From Phoronis australis (Eukaryota; Animalia; Phoronida), in the NCBI GenBank assembly GCA_002633005.1, contig NMRA01000658.1:1-64000 (forward strand): a DNA stretch of 64,000 bases, read 5' to 3'. The notes under the pieces are model-generated. The model saw only the letters and a list, made by a program, of their open reading frames with translations, did not search any database and was not told the DNA's origin. The stretch's first letter is position 1; every line of letters starts with the position of its first letter. The translations under genes were made by a program, and so were the position numbers. Below are positions 12,929-25,825 of this stretch, one piece after another.

Positions 12929-14329
12929 CTAAAAATAAGAGAACGAAAAAGAAACCATAACACTCCCATTTCTGCTGTCAGTTCTGAAAAGATCTAAAAG
13001 TAATTGAAATGTTCATTTCTCATTGTTTAGATCCAAAAGTAATTGAAATGTTCATTTCTCGTTGTTTAGATCATTATATCATTTTATACGTGTAGGTACA
13101 TCCTGAAATGTAGCGACATACTAGCAACTCACCGATGCTGTAAATTGGTAGCAGCCTTTAAATGCAAATTCTCATTGATTGGCAGCACGATGTAACAATA
13201 ACGATGATTTCGACAGCGAAATCTCTTTGCTATAACTATTTTTGAAATTATGATGGTTTGAGCAATAGCAGAATTTGTTATAAACGATCACTTTTACTAA
13301 ATTGTAAATTTTGAATAAAGTGTTTAAAATCCAGTGTGACATGTTCTTCAGTTTTATGCCATTTTAATGTATTGAGTAGCCCTCAAAATATACAAGCCGA
13401 TGGTAACGTTTACATTTTTTAACAGAAAGGTAACCGTAGCAACAACTAAAACCAAACAACTCACGATCGCATAAAACTACTCCTATTTTGCCAGTGTGGA
13501 AATACGTTAAGGAATAATTGTCGTCTCCTCATGAACTGACACCGAGCTGGCCGTTTTTGAAATCGGGTATCAAAGGTTTGGAACAACTTTGAACATTCCT
13601 TAAAACGTCAAGTAAATGGGCAAGCGTTACTGACGCTTTGGACGAGTTAATCGACGGTTGTGTGAAACTGCGCCCATTTCGAAACACAAGTCACACCAAT
13701 GTTGTGACCAATGCTATGACGCATTAATGAAATGCTCTAGCTAAAACATGCTTTCATGTGTGACATCAGCAGCAGGCAGTAACATTTGGGACAAATCACA
13801 AAAACCTGGTTCGGCATGATTTTTTAAAAGCGTATTGCACCAGGTTTGAAATTAACGCGTGTCCGCGAATCAACGAACTCTAGTATGCATACAAACCAGA
13901 CGCCCAATTTCAAGTATAATATATCAACGAACACAGATGCGCATACACTACCACAGACTTATGTAATTTTGAAAGTATGCCAAACCGGTTTTGTCTTATT
14001 GACAGATATTAAAAACGACATTTCCATCCAGTTCCATGAAACGAAATAATGCTCCATATGCCTCGACAACCCACAAAAGTTTGGAGGAAATTTTGAGAAC
14101 TTCTTTCGAAGTTTGCACAATGGGCAAGCGTGACCTACGCTTTTAGCGAATTGCAAGGCAACTGTGAAGAAAAACCAGCCACCAATATCCATAATGTCCG
14201 TGGCTTACGGAGTTTACGTTTTTAGTTGATCTTTGAAAATAAGCGCCAAAAATGCATTACCAGGTGACAGAGCGCGAATTGACTGAAACTATCAAAACAG
14301 GGTTTAGTATCTCTTTAAATGTAATTTAC

Positions 14330-14387
14330 CTCGATATAAATTGAGTAGCGTGGTATCATCCTTGCCTGACCATTCCCGCATCATCCA
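14330..14387 (-). CDS. CASD1-like: CASD1-like exon 5
   Basis: attattttag|...|gtaaat; WMMREWSGKDDTTLLNLYR; phase 0 in, phase 1 out; position equivalent to CASD1 WSIKIHNGSSEALSQY. Confidence 0.82.
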
Positions 14388-14534
14388 CTAAAATAATCGG
14401 GTATATGACTGGTTGGTTGGAGTGCACATCAATTAAAGTTGATTTTATGATCGACTACTAACCTACTCCTCAGCATTCGCACACCAACTCTTGTCGATGG
14501 AGAACACTGGAAACTGTAAATACGGGTATTTACA

Positions 14535-16855
14535 CGGCCAAATCACAATCAAGGTCCATATTCGATGGCCACTTTAGTTGAAAAATGATGGTTGTCATAT
14601 TACTGTAAAAGCTGGTTTATTTTAAAGTACCATCATTCCAGGTTTGTAAGATATTTTTGCACAAGAACTACCGAATACAATATTAAAGCCTAATGCATCA
14701 CAGTTGTACAAAAGGGTACGTACACTACAACTTGTGGTCACAACCCACTTCGAACATGCAAAAATTCATAAGGTAGGTGTTAATTTAATAAGTTTTTGAT
14801 TAAATTGAAAAAATATCACATACTAAAATAAGAAAAGTTATTACCGTGCTGATCAAATTGTTCTAGATGATGATACATTGTATATCTTAACACAATATAA
14901 TGAGAACTTCCTTCTCTTGCAATATAATTCTTACAAAAAGAAAATAACGAGAAACCACTTTTTCAAAAACTTTATTGGTACTATTTGCCTAGTTTTCAAT
15001 ACATTCACCAGTTGGTCAAAATAGTTAAAGCAATGCTAGGCCCAGTGTTCCACTTGTAAACAGTAAAAAATGGCACTGGTTGGGGGTACGTACACTACGC
15101 ACAGTCAATCAACGTCAAACTTTGACTAAGTTACAAGGGTATGGGATGGTCTCGAGTTTTGTGCTGCCTCTAATTGTTGGTTTGTTGCAAGTTGAATTTC
15201 CCTTGAGGGATAGAGAGCCTGCCTCTGCAACATCAGTTATCACATGACGTGTCTTCTAGGATTTTCAGTACTAGCCAAGTCCTGTGTGGCATTTTATTGT
15301 CCACAAATTTGATAATGTCCATTGTTTTTTGTCAGACTGTATTCATTTTGGAAATATCAGTATTGTTCATGAGAACAGCAGTATGTAAAAATTCTTGTGG
15401 GCAATACTTTATAGCACAGAGGCTGGAGGTGCGTACTCTACACAGGGGTACGTACACTACATTTCAATGACTTTCAGGTTTATAAAAAAATAATCAAAAT
15501 CTCAATTACCAATATTCAAAGCGAACAATAAAAAGTACAGCATGCAGTCATGTGCATATCTGTCTGTCATTCTTTGAAAGCAGGCACATGTTAAAATATA
15601 GGGGTAGGTACACCACACAAATGCTAATATTTCACTTAAAACAAATGTATTTGTAATTAACACTCTTTTAACCTAGCATTTTTAATGGAGGAAGCTGTCT
15701 GTGAGAAGTGTTGCTTACTTACCGTGCAATATTTTTGTTTCATGGTATTTATTCACATGGGGGTACGTACACTACATTTCAATGACATGTCAGGTTTGTA
15801 ACTAAATACTAAGAATCTACTGACAGTTAGTTGATTTACTTAATCAATTCAAAGAGAAAAAATAAAAAGCAAAGCATTCATGTGCATATCCGTCATACCT
15901 TGAAAATGGGCACAAATTAAAATATGGGGGTACGTACACTACACAAATACTAATATTTCACTCAAAACAAATGTACTTACAATAAACACTCTTTTAACCT
16001 AACATTTTTAAGAAACGAAACTGTCTATGACCAATGTTGCTCACTTACCAAGTGATATTTTAATTTTATGGCATTTGTAAACATGGGGGTACGTACACTA
16101 CAAAAAGGGGTACATACACTACATCACTGTTTCTGCATCACATGGTAACATAATGTTGTATTGTCATTTGTTTTTTTTGGTGTTAATAAGCACCATGTTG
16201 TTATTTAAAAGGCAATAAATTCATTTGCAATGGCCATTTGTGTTACTGAATTCCACATGGGGGTACGTACACTACATTTTGTTAGCCTTTTTGGCCTATT
16301 TTCAACATAGCAGAACTGATTCAACATCCAAACTTTTGGTTTGTTTAGATATTGAATAATTTGCTGTGTTGCCTACGCTGACATATTTTGTAGTTCTTTT
16401 TGTTACAGAGTGTGAACTTTAGTTTTTAACCTTCTTTACAGTAGGTGACGGTTAGAAACACCGAATTTACAAATTTCGTAACGAGTGCCGGTTTTATGAT
16501 GAACCCTACCATTTCTCAATGATTAAGCACAACTTCATCTAATTGACTCTGAAAGTGACTCAAGTTATTCCCAGTCATATCTGCTTGCTTGATAAAATAA
16601 ATTTTTATTCTTGACAATTGAAAATTGTTATTTTTAAAATGGCCACTCGTAACGCTAAATGCATGAAATTCATAGACAAAGACATGCCTAAATTTCTTAA
16701 ACTTTGTCCGATTTTGATGATTCTTTTTTAATTTGCACAACTAAATGACTCTTTGCATAATGAGATTCAGTTGGCATTTGGTAAGTGACCAAAAAAATAT
16801 TTTAGACCGTAACACTGTCAAGTCTCGAATATGGACCTTGATTATGATTTAGCCG
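14535..16855. mobile_element. Non-autonomous TIR DNA transposon (possibly Academ-like)
   Basis: 31-bp TIR CGGC(C/T)AAATCA(C/T)AATCAAGGTCCATATTCGA; 3-bp TSD ACA; about nine internal GGGTACGTACACTAC-type motifs; internal ~320-bp tandem duplication (15445-15758 / 15759-16085). Confidence 0.8.
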
Positions 16856-17230
16856 ACAGTATTTAGTGTTTTATAAGACTCTTGCCTCCCAAAAGCTGAT
16901 TGTTATAAGCAAGCACAACACACACACACACAATATTGAGCCTGAATTTGCGAATATAGTAGTTGGAAGCTTACTACACTTACCAATACTGTGCACCAAG
17001 GCGAACCATGAATGTGCATTTAGCATAGAATTTCTTCCAAAACAGCAGCACTGCTATAAGATATGCTAATAGATAATCTTTAAGTGTGGAAAGTGATTCG
17101 ATTGTCGCATACGACTTATTATATATCTTGTGACTGAGATTGCATAGCACATGTTAATTAGACCAAGCACTAAAAATATATGTATTTAAAAGTAACTAGC
17201 CGTGTTTGCGAATTTAACTACAGTATATGT

Positions 17231-17265
<35 letters not shown>

Positions 17266-17292
17266 CACACGCACACGCACGCATACGCACAC
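17231..17292. repeat. (CA)n / (CACG)n microsatellite
   Basis: Direct reading. Confidence 0.95.
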
Positions 17293-18036
17293 ATTTTTCG
17301 AAGGCCATCGGTCTTTTAGTCCATAAGTTCACAATTTTGCCATAAAACTCACTATGAATAAGTATACGTGCTTGTGCTACAGAGATAACAAAAATTACAC
17401 AACTAAGACTCACGCAACAAACGCTAAAATAAATTTTGCCTAAAAAGAAACCTATGTTGACACCCTCACCGGTCGAAATTGGGCAACTCGAACGGTTTGT
17501 GTCCCTCGAAATTTGCCGCAATGATCAAAGACGCCATGCACTTGGCGTTAATTACATCTCCGCAGGCTGTTAATATTAGCGTCCCATAGACAATCAGACC
17601 CATCATAAACACATTGGGGTGACAAATTTAATTTTTAATATTTCGTTTTGAAACTTTTAAATAGAATATTTGACTAGATCGTGAGCAGTACACGTGGGCT
17701 GGTTTTTGAATTTTGAAAATCGGGTCAAGAAATGTGACTTTTACAATTTAAAGCTTTTGAACAACGTTGCCAGTATCCTGCTTGTCATTAATTCTACTTG
17801 GTGTGCAACATAATTGGGTCAGTTACCAAACCAGCAGGTAGCAGTTGGATTTTGAGGTAAGCCAAGTGTCATTGCACTATTCTTGGCATGGTCGCCTGGT
17901 TTAAAGTTAGGGTTTCATTGGAGCTGTCTCCTTATGGAGTGCATCTGTTCAGAACTACATTACGAAGAAAAGTTTGTGTATCATTCATTCAAATGAATCC
18001 CATGGTTGCTACCTGTCTATAAAGTAAAATGCTTAC

Positions 18037-18153
18037 CGCCGCCAAGCTGTTGACCACCAGATCAGGTCGGCCACGTTGACTCACCGACTGTTTGGCCCAA
18101 GAACCTAATAGTTTATTATAGGCACTGTCAATGAATGGCATCCAACGGAAATC
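18037..18153 (-). CDS. CASD1-like: CASD1-like exon 4
   Basis: ctgttttag|...|gtaagc; DFRWMPFIDSAYNKLLGSWAKQSVSQRGRPDLVVNSLAA (39 codons, phase 0/0), resembling CASD1 DFLWHPEV...W...KPHVIVAGAAT. Confidence 0.9.
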
Positions 18154-18912
18154 CTAAAACAGGCCATTCGTAAGAAAAGTTTGTGATTTATGGATATTTT
18201 AAAAACTATTAAGACAACCGTGTTAACTAAGAACATTTTCAAAGCCAATGACCAAGTCTGATTTCCAGTAGCTATCCAATACTCCTCTATGTAGCGGAGG
18301 CTGCGCACACGGCGCTTGAGTAGACAATAAGAGTCATGAACAAAAAATAATGCGGAAACTGAGTTATAATCTGTAAAGTCTTTGGCTTTGCGCTTCAGAT
18401 CGCACTGAAAATATTTTCACATGTTCTCTTTCGCGGTGCGATGAAAATTTACTAATATCCCCATATACAAAATGAAACCACCATAGAGAAAAACATTCAA
18501 ATACACTAAGTATTGGTGAGTTGTTTCCTAGATTCTGGTAGTTAACCTAGAAACTGTTGTTTGACGTCATCAGCTGCAGAATGTAGGTAATACAAAAGGT
18601 GGTTGGTCAAGATGTGTCATTTTTTAAAATGACGCATCTTGACCAATCACCTTAAAAGGTTTCGCCCACCATCTTGAATATGTAGTTAAATAAAGTCGGT
18701 CAACCACAGGCACCTTTAATCAGCGGTGAATGTTGGCTGATTAAAGTTGCCTGTGGGTGAACAAACTAATTGACGTGTGTTTTTCATGTAATTGGACGGG
18801 AGAGCATGAGCAGTAAAGGATGTTGACTAGATTGTTAAGAGGTATGCCATCATGGGAACTAGCGTCGTATCACTGACTGCGTTATCAAGGTGTTCCATTG
18901 CAATTGGAACCC

Positions 18913-19710
18913 CACTGTAACACAGATATCCTGGAGTCGAAAACAGACTTCCTCACCCTCAAAATAGCTAACCAGCTCGAAAAACCACGAACCCCGGGTT
19001 TCCTGTCCGATCCCTGGGGTTCCTTAAAACAGGAACCCCCGGCGATCTGACAGGACATCTGAGGACTGAATCACCACTCCCACATTTTCTGTTTGAGTGA
19101 ATGTGTTTAGTTCCGAATTTTGAGGGGAAGAACGGTGAAGTTGGTGACGGTGCAGGTCTTTTGCGTGAATGATTATCGGGGTCCATTTCAATATCCGGAA
19201 ACTGTGCCGGAAATAAACTCTCAACAAGTAAATCGACGAACCCTAAACGGACACTTGTAAAGATATTTAAAGGAATTGATCAACAATGACACTCGAAAGT
19301 CGAAACAACATTTTTTGTTTTTCATTTTCGAAAGTATCTTTCGAGAAACTTTTGAATAATCTGAAATTAACTAAATATTCACCGAGATAACAATGTGTTT
19401 AGAGTGACTTTCAGATTATGTTGAAATTCGCCTGGAGACAAGTTGCACGAGTTTTACCGATAAAAATCAAATAAGAAAGTCAACATAAGTTACGTTTTAT
19501 TATTGACAATTTTTAACAAACAAATGCAGAAAACAACTGGAAAGTTTGAGGCTACTGACATCGTCTCAGAAAATTTGAAAAATTGTCCGGGTTTCCTGTC
19601 TGATCCCCGGGGTTTCTGTTTTAAATGTCGGGGTTCGTGTTTTTCGGACTGGTTCGCTGTTTTGAAGGTGCGAGGTCTCTTTTCGACTCCGGGATATCTG
19701 TTTTACACCG
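18913..19710. mobile_element. Foldback / MITE-like element with long imperfect inverted repeats
   Basis: CACTGTAACACAGATATCCTGGAGTCGAAAA...CGAACCCCG is the inverted match of CGGGGTTCG...TTTTCGACTCCGGGATATCTGTTTTACACCG (~80 bp); internal GGGTTTCCTGTC repeats; CACTG terminus is EnSpm/CACTA-like. Confidence 0.75.
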
Positions 19711-20940
19711 GGAATCTAATTTCGATGGAGCAACCTCGTTTTAAAGTCTTCATTTTGTCGAGGTATTTTTTCAGTGGGTAATTTATCAAAGATTCAATGC
19801 GGGACTACTGTGAAAAGGACACCCTTGTCATGAAAATGCTTTAATGATTAAAATTTTAAGTCTGCGTCTGCATGCAAGACCGGACATGGACCAGTAAGTA
19901 ACTTTGCAGGGTTTACATTAGTTATGAGAATAAGGCAATCATAGAGATGTTCCTGCCCATATCATCTAGTGGTTGCACTAACTGTGATTATACTCTGGGT
20001 ACCCATTTGTAATTTGAATGAATTAAAATCAAAAGAAAACTAATCACAGCGTTCGTTAGACCAAGGGCCCAGTTCTGAGGAATAAAGTGTTATGAAATGA
20101 GCTACATGCTTCTGTGTTTGAAACACTAAACGACCGACGCCTTCTTAATAGGCCCAAGTCCCAGCTCTCCTATCTTTCGCCTCCGTGGCCACTTTGGGGG
20201 GGGGGGGGNGCAATGGGAACTTTGCATAAACCCATCTACAGATGTTCAAGTGTCAATTTCAAAAAAGTCCCAAGAATACACTTGCACGTTTAGTAAGAAT
20301 TTTAATTTAAAAGTTGGAAAAAATATAGCCTCAACTATGTTAGCTATCAGGTGTCAGTGCAAAATGATCAGAACAGCCAATCAAATGCCAGGAAAATATT
20401 GCGTCCATACCTTTCCCCTTCAAAAGTCGTCTGCTTGGCATGAAAACAACATTCATCAAAGCTGATATTGTCCTGGCTTAGCTAACTTGTTTACTGCTAC
20501 TGACTACATTGGAGAGTATTAATTCTTGGATGGGTGTGCAAGTAATAGGCAATTACCAAGGCCAAGGCTTAAAAACCCGCAGGCAGCAGTTAGGAGTTGA
20601 GGAAAGCCAAAGCCAAGTGGCCACGAGTGTCATCATAGTACTGGAACAATTCTTAGCATATTCCTGAATCATTTTGTGTTTCGCAAAGAACAGTTTTGGG
20701 ACAGCTAGGACTCTGCTGAAACCATGAATTATTGAGCGAATGTGTGACTTCACAATACACTGGCAAGATGTCTGCACCTTGTTGCATTCATGTCTCAGGT
20801 TTCGCTCAAATTTCTGAGCTGTAATTTTCAGATATTACCTCGTCTAAGGCTACTGCAAACAAATGTATCAACATTAAATGCAAGTGAAGTATCATTGCTG
20901 CTAAGTTTTCAAGTTTTTGTGAAAGAAGCTGAGCTCTTAT

Positions 20941-21183
20941 CATGAGCACGCTCGGGGGGGAGGGCTCGCGGGGGGCTTGAATGAGCCTCCCCCATTTGGT
21001 AAAGTGGGTAAAAAGGTCCGCTTCAGAGAAAGAAAAACTTCGAAAAAGTAGAAAACGAGACAAAAGTTCACGAAAGGGCAGGAACTACCAAAATTTGGCG
21101 AATACGCAATTAGTAGGTCTGAAATACCCGTGACACATTCTCAAAAACTCAAGCCCCCGATTTTCAGGCTTGGTGCGCGCATG
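20941..21183. repeat. MITE-like short repeat; second copy at ~27360-27580
   Basis: Shared CGAAAAAGTAGAAAACGAGACAAAAGT core and AGGCTTGGTGCGC end in both copies. Confidence 0.7.
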
Positions 21184-21799
21184 CGTTTATCACAAGCAGT
21201 GTTACAGACATTTCACGGATACAACAAAAATTGAAAGAGCTCTTAAAAAAGAAAAGACCAAGCTGATGATGGAAATAATGTTGAGCCCATTAGAAAATTA
21301 AGGAGATTGACACTGTCAGTTACATTTAACAGTGCTCAAAGAAATATACAGTATATGTCTTGCCACCACAATGAACCATTTGCCACAAATCAAATTTCAT
21401 CACAGGGGAACTTCACAAACAAAAGAAAACTTGAAAACTTATCCCAGTTCCAAACATTCAATTTTTATAGGCCTGCCTATTCTTAATTCGAAAAAGTGTC
21501 ATTTATGGTAAATAGTATTCAGTTTAGGTCACAGAAAAAATTATTTTGCTTGATAAATTTGTAGTAATAGCCACCCCAATCTCAAATGTACTGGCAGTAG
21601 TTTTTACCTACATGTGAGTGATCAGCACTGATTTTTATGAACTTCTAAGCCTATTTTGAGACCCTTTTCATGAAAACTCATGAGTAGTGTTTGGAATTTG
21701 AGAAATATAAAAAATGGAAATAATGCATGTGTTCTGTAATTCATTGATCTTGAAAATTCAAATTGTGCGCAGATTTCAGTATCTCACATTTTGAAGATT

Positions 21800-22791
21800 G
21801 TTGAATTGGAGTTTTAGGCGTAGGAAATTTTTTACTCTTCCAATTATGTGCTTTTGGAGCTGGGTAGTCTGATGCTCCACTGGATGACTCTGCCTTTATC
21901 CCCAGAAAATGCCATGAAAAATGTTAATGGCAAGTGTAAAAGAAGTGGTTGTAGTAAAAAACGTGTTATTATTTATTATTATGTCATGTTCTAAGTTGTG
22001 TGTCTGTCCAGACTGTGTGAACATGGTATGCTAGTCAAAAAACAACCTTTGATGACAATAATGATGATATAAATGATGATGGAGTGGATGAAGAAACATA
22101 ATAAGTGTATGCTATGTTGTTAAAGAACTATAAAATTTCAACCTAATGGAAAATATTGACAACATTTTATCACGTTGGTGGCTGTGGGGACTGTATGGTG
22201 TATCATTTCCTGTGACAGTTGACTGCAGTGTGGATAATGATAATTAATTGTGTCAATTAATAAAAGTGATGAGAGTGAATTACTTGAAGAAGCATTGGAA
22301 TTGTATGTTGTTCATATGTAGGTTATGATATCAAATCTTTATCAAGTTCCAACCAGCTAACATTATTGTTTTTGATAGGAGTTCAGAATATAGTAGTATG
22401 TTTTCTGGCCAGTTCAGAATATAGTAGTATGTTTTCTGGCCAACAGGAGGCGCTACTGATTTTTTTCTTTTTCTCTTTTTGAACAATTTTTCACCTTTGT
22501 CAAATTGTCTATCACTTGTCCGGTAACTTCAAATAAATGAAGCCCAATCAAATTATCATTCAGTTTTTGTCTAGTGTTGTTGGTTTTTGAAGATTGGTTT
22601 TCTGCGCCAAATTTTGCAAGAAGTCAGATATTTTAGGTCAAATTTCTCGAAAACGTATAAGTCAAACTTTGGGAACTTTTTAAATTCTTAAAGTATAGTA
22701 CTTAATGATCTTATAAACACAAAAAATATCTTTGCCCCCAAAAAGTAGCCACAGAAGTGATTTTGTAGGCTTCCTAGAGTCGAATGGACTA
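21800..22791 (+). mobile_element. Decayed Academ-type transposon 3' end
   Basis: ~21855-22022 reads LELGSLMLHWMTLPLSPENAMKNVNGKCKRSGCSKKR...CSKLCVCPDCVN (Cys-rich Academ transposase tail); possible terminus ...AGAGTCGAATGGACTA. Confidence 0.6.
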
Positions 22792-23062
22792 TATAGCCTA
22801 CAATGTGGGATTCCGTAATTGAGCCTATTTACGATTGACTCGAGGCGCACTCTAATAACGATTGACCAGTCAGAAACCTCGATTAACGAGGAATATGGAA
22901 TGGTGGACGATCCGTCAACAGCATCTTAGTGTTTCATTTTTAAACTAACTCTTCGCTAGTTTTTGAGAACTGAAAGCGATTCCAAAACTAGAATATTAAA
23001 TTGACAAGACTGATCTATTTTCTGTCTATGTCGAAAAGAAAGAATTGTATGTTTCTATTTAC

Positions 23063-23246
23063 TATTGTGAGATTATACTTTGGGAATGAATATCGCTTGT
23101 CTTCGTGGTAGATTGACCTCGACAAATTGGGTAGAAATATGGTCGCCATTTGCTGAAACGTGTCACGCACGCGAGAATCGCCGACAAATACCAAGTGACT
23201 GAATCCGAGCTTGTTTTTGCGAATCTTCATGCATTTCTTGGTTTCG
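23063..23246 (-). CDS. CASD1-like: CASD1-like exon 3 (catalytic GDS motif)
   Basis: attttacag|...|gtaaat; (N)ETKKCMKIRKNKLGFSHLVFVGDSRVRDTFQQMATIFLPNLSRSIYHEDKRYSFPKYNLTI, resembling CASD1 EAKNCL...HIAFIGDSRIRQLF. Confidence 0.92.
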
Positions 23247-23518
23247 CTGTAAAATAATCAGACATTTTAATAATGGTTTGTACTCAAATGACTAGGTTCA
23301 CGAGAGTCGTGCAGTATGTGTGCTCGAATTAACAAATTAGTGACCTAACCCTAATCACTTATCAGCTGATGCCAATGTTGTAGGCCTAAACACTTCCGAA
23401 ATAAAGGCTTCGAACGAAAGAATTTTACTGAGAAGGTGGAACCTGTAATTTTGATCTATGCCTGTGATACATAAGCGGTGCTTTACAAGTTTGGCTTTTC
23501 ATACTTCTATTTGTTGAG

Positions 23519-24041
23519 CAGTGGCAGATCTAGGATATCGCAAGGGGGGCAACATTTTGTCCGGCTGTAAGCATTTGCGCAAGCCACGATTGTAGATGAG
23601 CATAGCCACCACGACTTGACTACTGATCGTATACTGAGAGACCTACTTGTTTATGGTCCACAGCGTTTGCGCGCAAAACCTACTTCTTTTTGCAATGCTT
23701 ATTACACGTTTGATATTTTGTGCAATCGGTTCTTAACAAATTTGTTGTATTTAAAATAGTCTTCAAATGCCCAAAAGGCCAAATCCGTTTTCCGTGTTGG
23801 CAATTGCTTTGGAAATCGTCTTAAGTTAAGGTTTGACAAAGAGAGAATTATGAGTTTCTGAGTGATTCACTAAGGTTTCGATTAAAATATTTATTTTACC
23901 AGCAGCTTCTGTTTTTTCATCGTCACTTAGGTTCAATTTTCTTTAAAAAATGAAGTAAATTTTCTTCATTGCACAGTGGAGCAGACGACGGAAACGGAGT
24001 CGTAGTGCGTAGCGCCACAGCCGGTTGCCTGGGATATCGCG
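23519..24041 (+). repeat. Internally deleted copy of the 11051-11781 repeat
   Basis: Colinear with the 11051 copy but lacks ~200 bp including the tRNA-like part. Confidence 0.85.
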
Positions 24042-24399
24042 CTTTAGCATTGGTTGATCCTCAGCAGTCATTGGTTAGCTTTACAACACCGTGAAAAAAT
24101 GGTGGACTGTGAACGAATTTTAGCCTTGTCGCAGCAACTCTTTTGTATCTACAGTGATGTTTAATAGCCACGTGCTTGAAGCACATACATGTACAATAAA
24201 CACATATCTGGCCAATTTAACCGGTGTGTTATTCATACTGTGTGAATTCAGGACAGTTTCGTAAACAAAAGTCATCGACAGTAGAAATTCCGAAAAGGCG
24301 CAACGACAAGTCTAGGATTCACATTTCCTGAACATAAATGTTAAGCACCGATTTGTTTGTAGCAACAGACCTCATTTACACTTCAGTCCATCAGTAATA

Positions 24400-25476
24400 G
24401 ATTATAGGCTCGGACTAACAACCTTGTTCAAGACACAACTGAACAAGCTTGAGAAAATACAAAACGAAGGAATGAGAGCCGTCTTGGGTTGCACAAGAGA
24501 CACATCAGTTGCACCCATGAGATATCTGCTTGGATTACCCAGCATTACAGAACGCCACAGGCAGGCACAAGTAAAGGCAATGTTAAAAGTAGTAATTGAC
24601 AAAGGGCATTCCCTCTACGAAGAACTGTGGAAACCTAAGGGTGGAATAATCAAAAGAGGGAAATCCTGGCTGGCAGTAGCAGAAGAAAGTACAAGCACAG
24701 TTTGTGAACTAGAAACTACCAGAATGGGGCCAGAATGGGAGAGTGTTACAACAGAAGAAAGAGAAAAGTACACCGAAACCGTGATAACCCTAGGGAGAGA
24801 ATGCAGGGAGCAGACACTAGTGGTAGTCAATGCAGAAGTTATCTTTACAGACGGCTCTGTTATTAGAGGAGTAAGATCCGGCTGGGCCTTCTGTGCAAGA
24901 GTGAATGGGAGGGTAATCGCCGAGGAAAATCAGGTATACAGAAACACAACATCTAGTATGCGCATGGAAAAAGATGCCGCCAGTGCTGCACTAAGTTGGC
25001 TATGCTCGCAACAATTCACAGGGGCGGCCGTTGTGACCGACTCACAAAGCATGTTGCGCAAAATACAGCAGGGCCTCCTAAAACCCACGTGGATACAGCT
25101 CATTAGGCGGAGCCACCTGGAATCCCTTGTCTGGATTTTTTCACCGGGTCATGCAGGAGTTGTCGGTAACGAAAGAGCTGACAAACTTGCGGGAGTGGGG
25201 AATATGGGTGGACCCTTGGGTGAGGCAGAGGTGCTTACTGCTCTGGATGAGAATAGGGAAAAGGAAACTGGGGAAACAGTTGAAAGATTGCGACAGTTCG
25301 GTGTAGACAAGGGAACCGCACCAAAGTCTAAAATAAGAGGAATGTGGCGGAAAATCCATAATCAGCACCTTACTGGAACAATTAGTCAAGGCGTTCTGCA
25401 TGAGCTTCTGAGGCGGAGAACTGAGCATATATGGGTGTGCCCAACATGTTATGACGTCGACTCTGCACCCAGATAA
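24400..25476 (+). mobile_element. 5'-truncated non-LTR retrotransposon with RNase H domain (I-group-like)
   Basis: RT C-terminal LEKIQNEGMRAVLG...LGLP followed by RNase H motifs FTDGS, SSMRME, VVTDSQS, PGHAGVVGNERAD and a terminal CPTC. Confidence 0.9.
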
Positions 25477-25825
25477 GCCAGTCATGCCAGCATAGACTAT
25501 AGAGTATCTATGATACCAGATTGTTTGCGTAAAACGCTGCCTGTTGAGAATTCGACTGGCCAATTAGAAACGCCGGTGTAAAAAAATTCCCGAGGAAAAA
25601 TAAGTGATACCTGCGTGCTAGCTACTGACCACCTAGCGGCGCGCAGGGAACCAGCGAGCGGATACAGAAGAGACACAAGGGGTCACGTAATCATCATTTT
25701 AAACGTTCCCACTAGGGGGAGAAATAATAACAAAATATAAGTAATATCAAAATATAGTCTCTCGTGGTCGAAGAGCATGTCAACATGTTCTCATTAACCT
25801 GCCACCTTTCATCATGATTCCTTAA

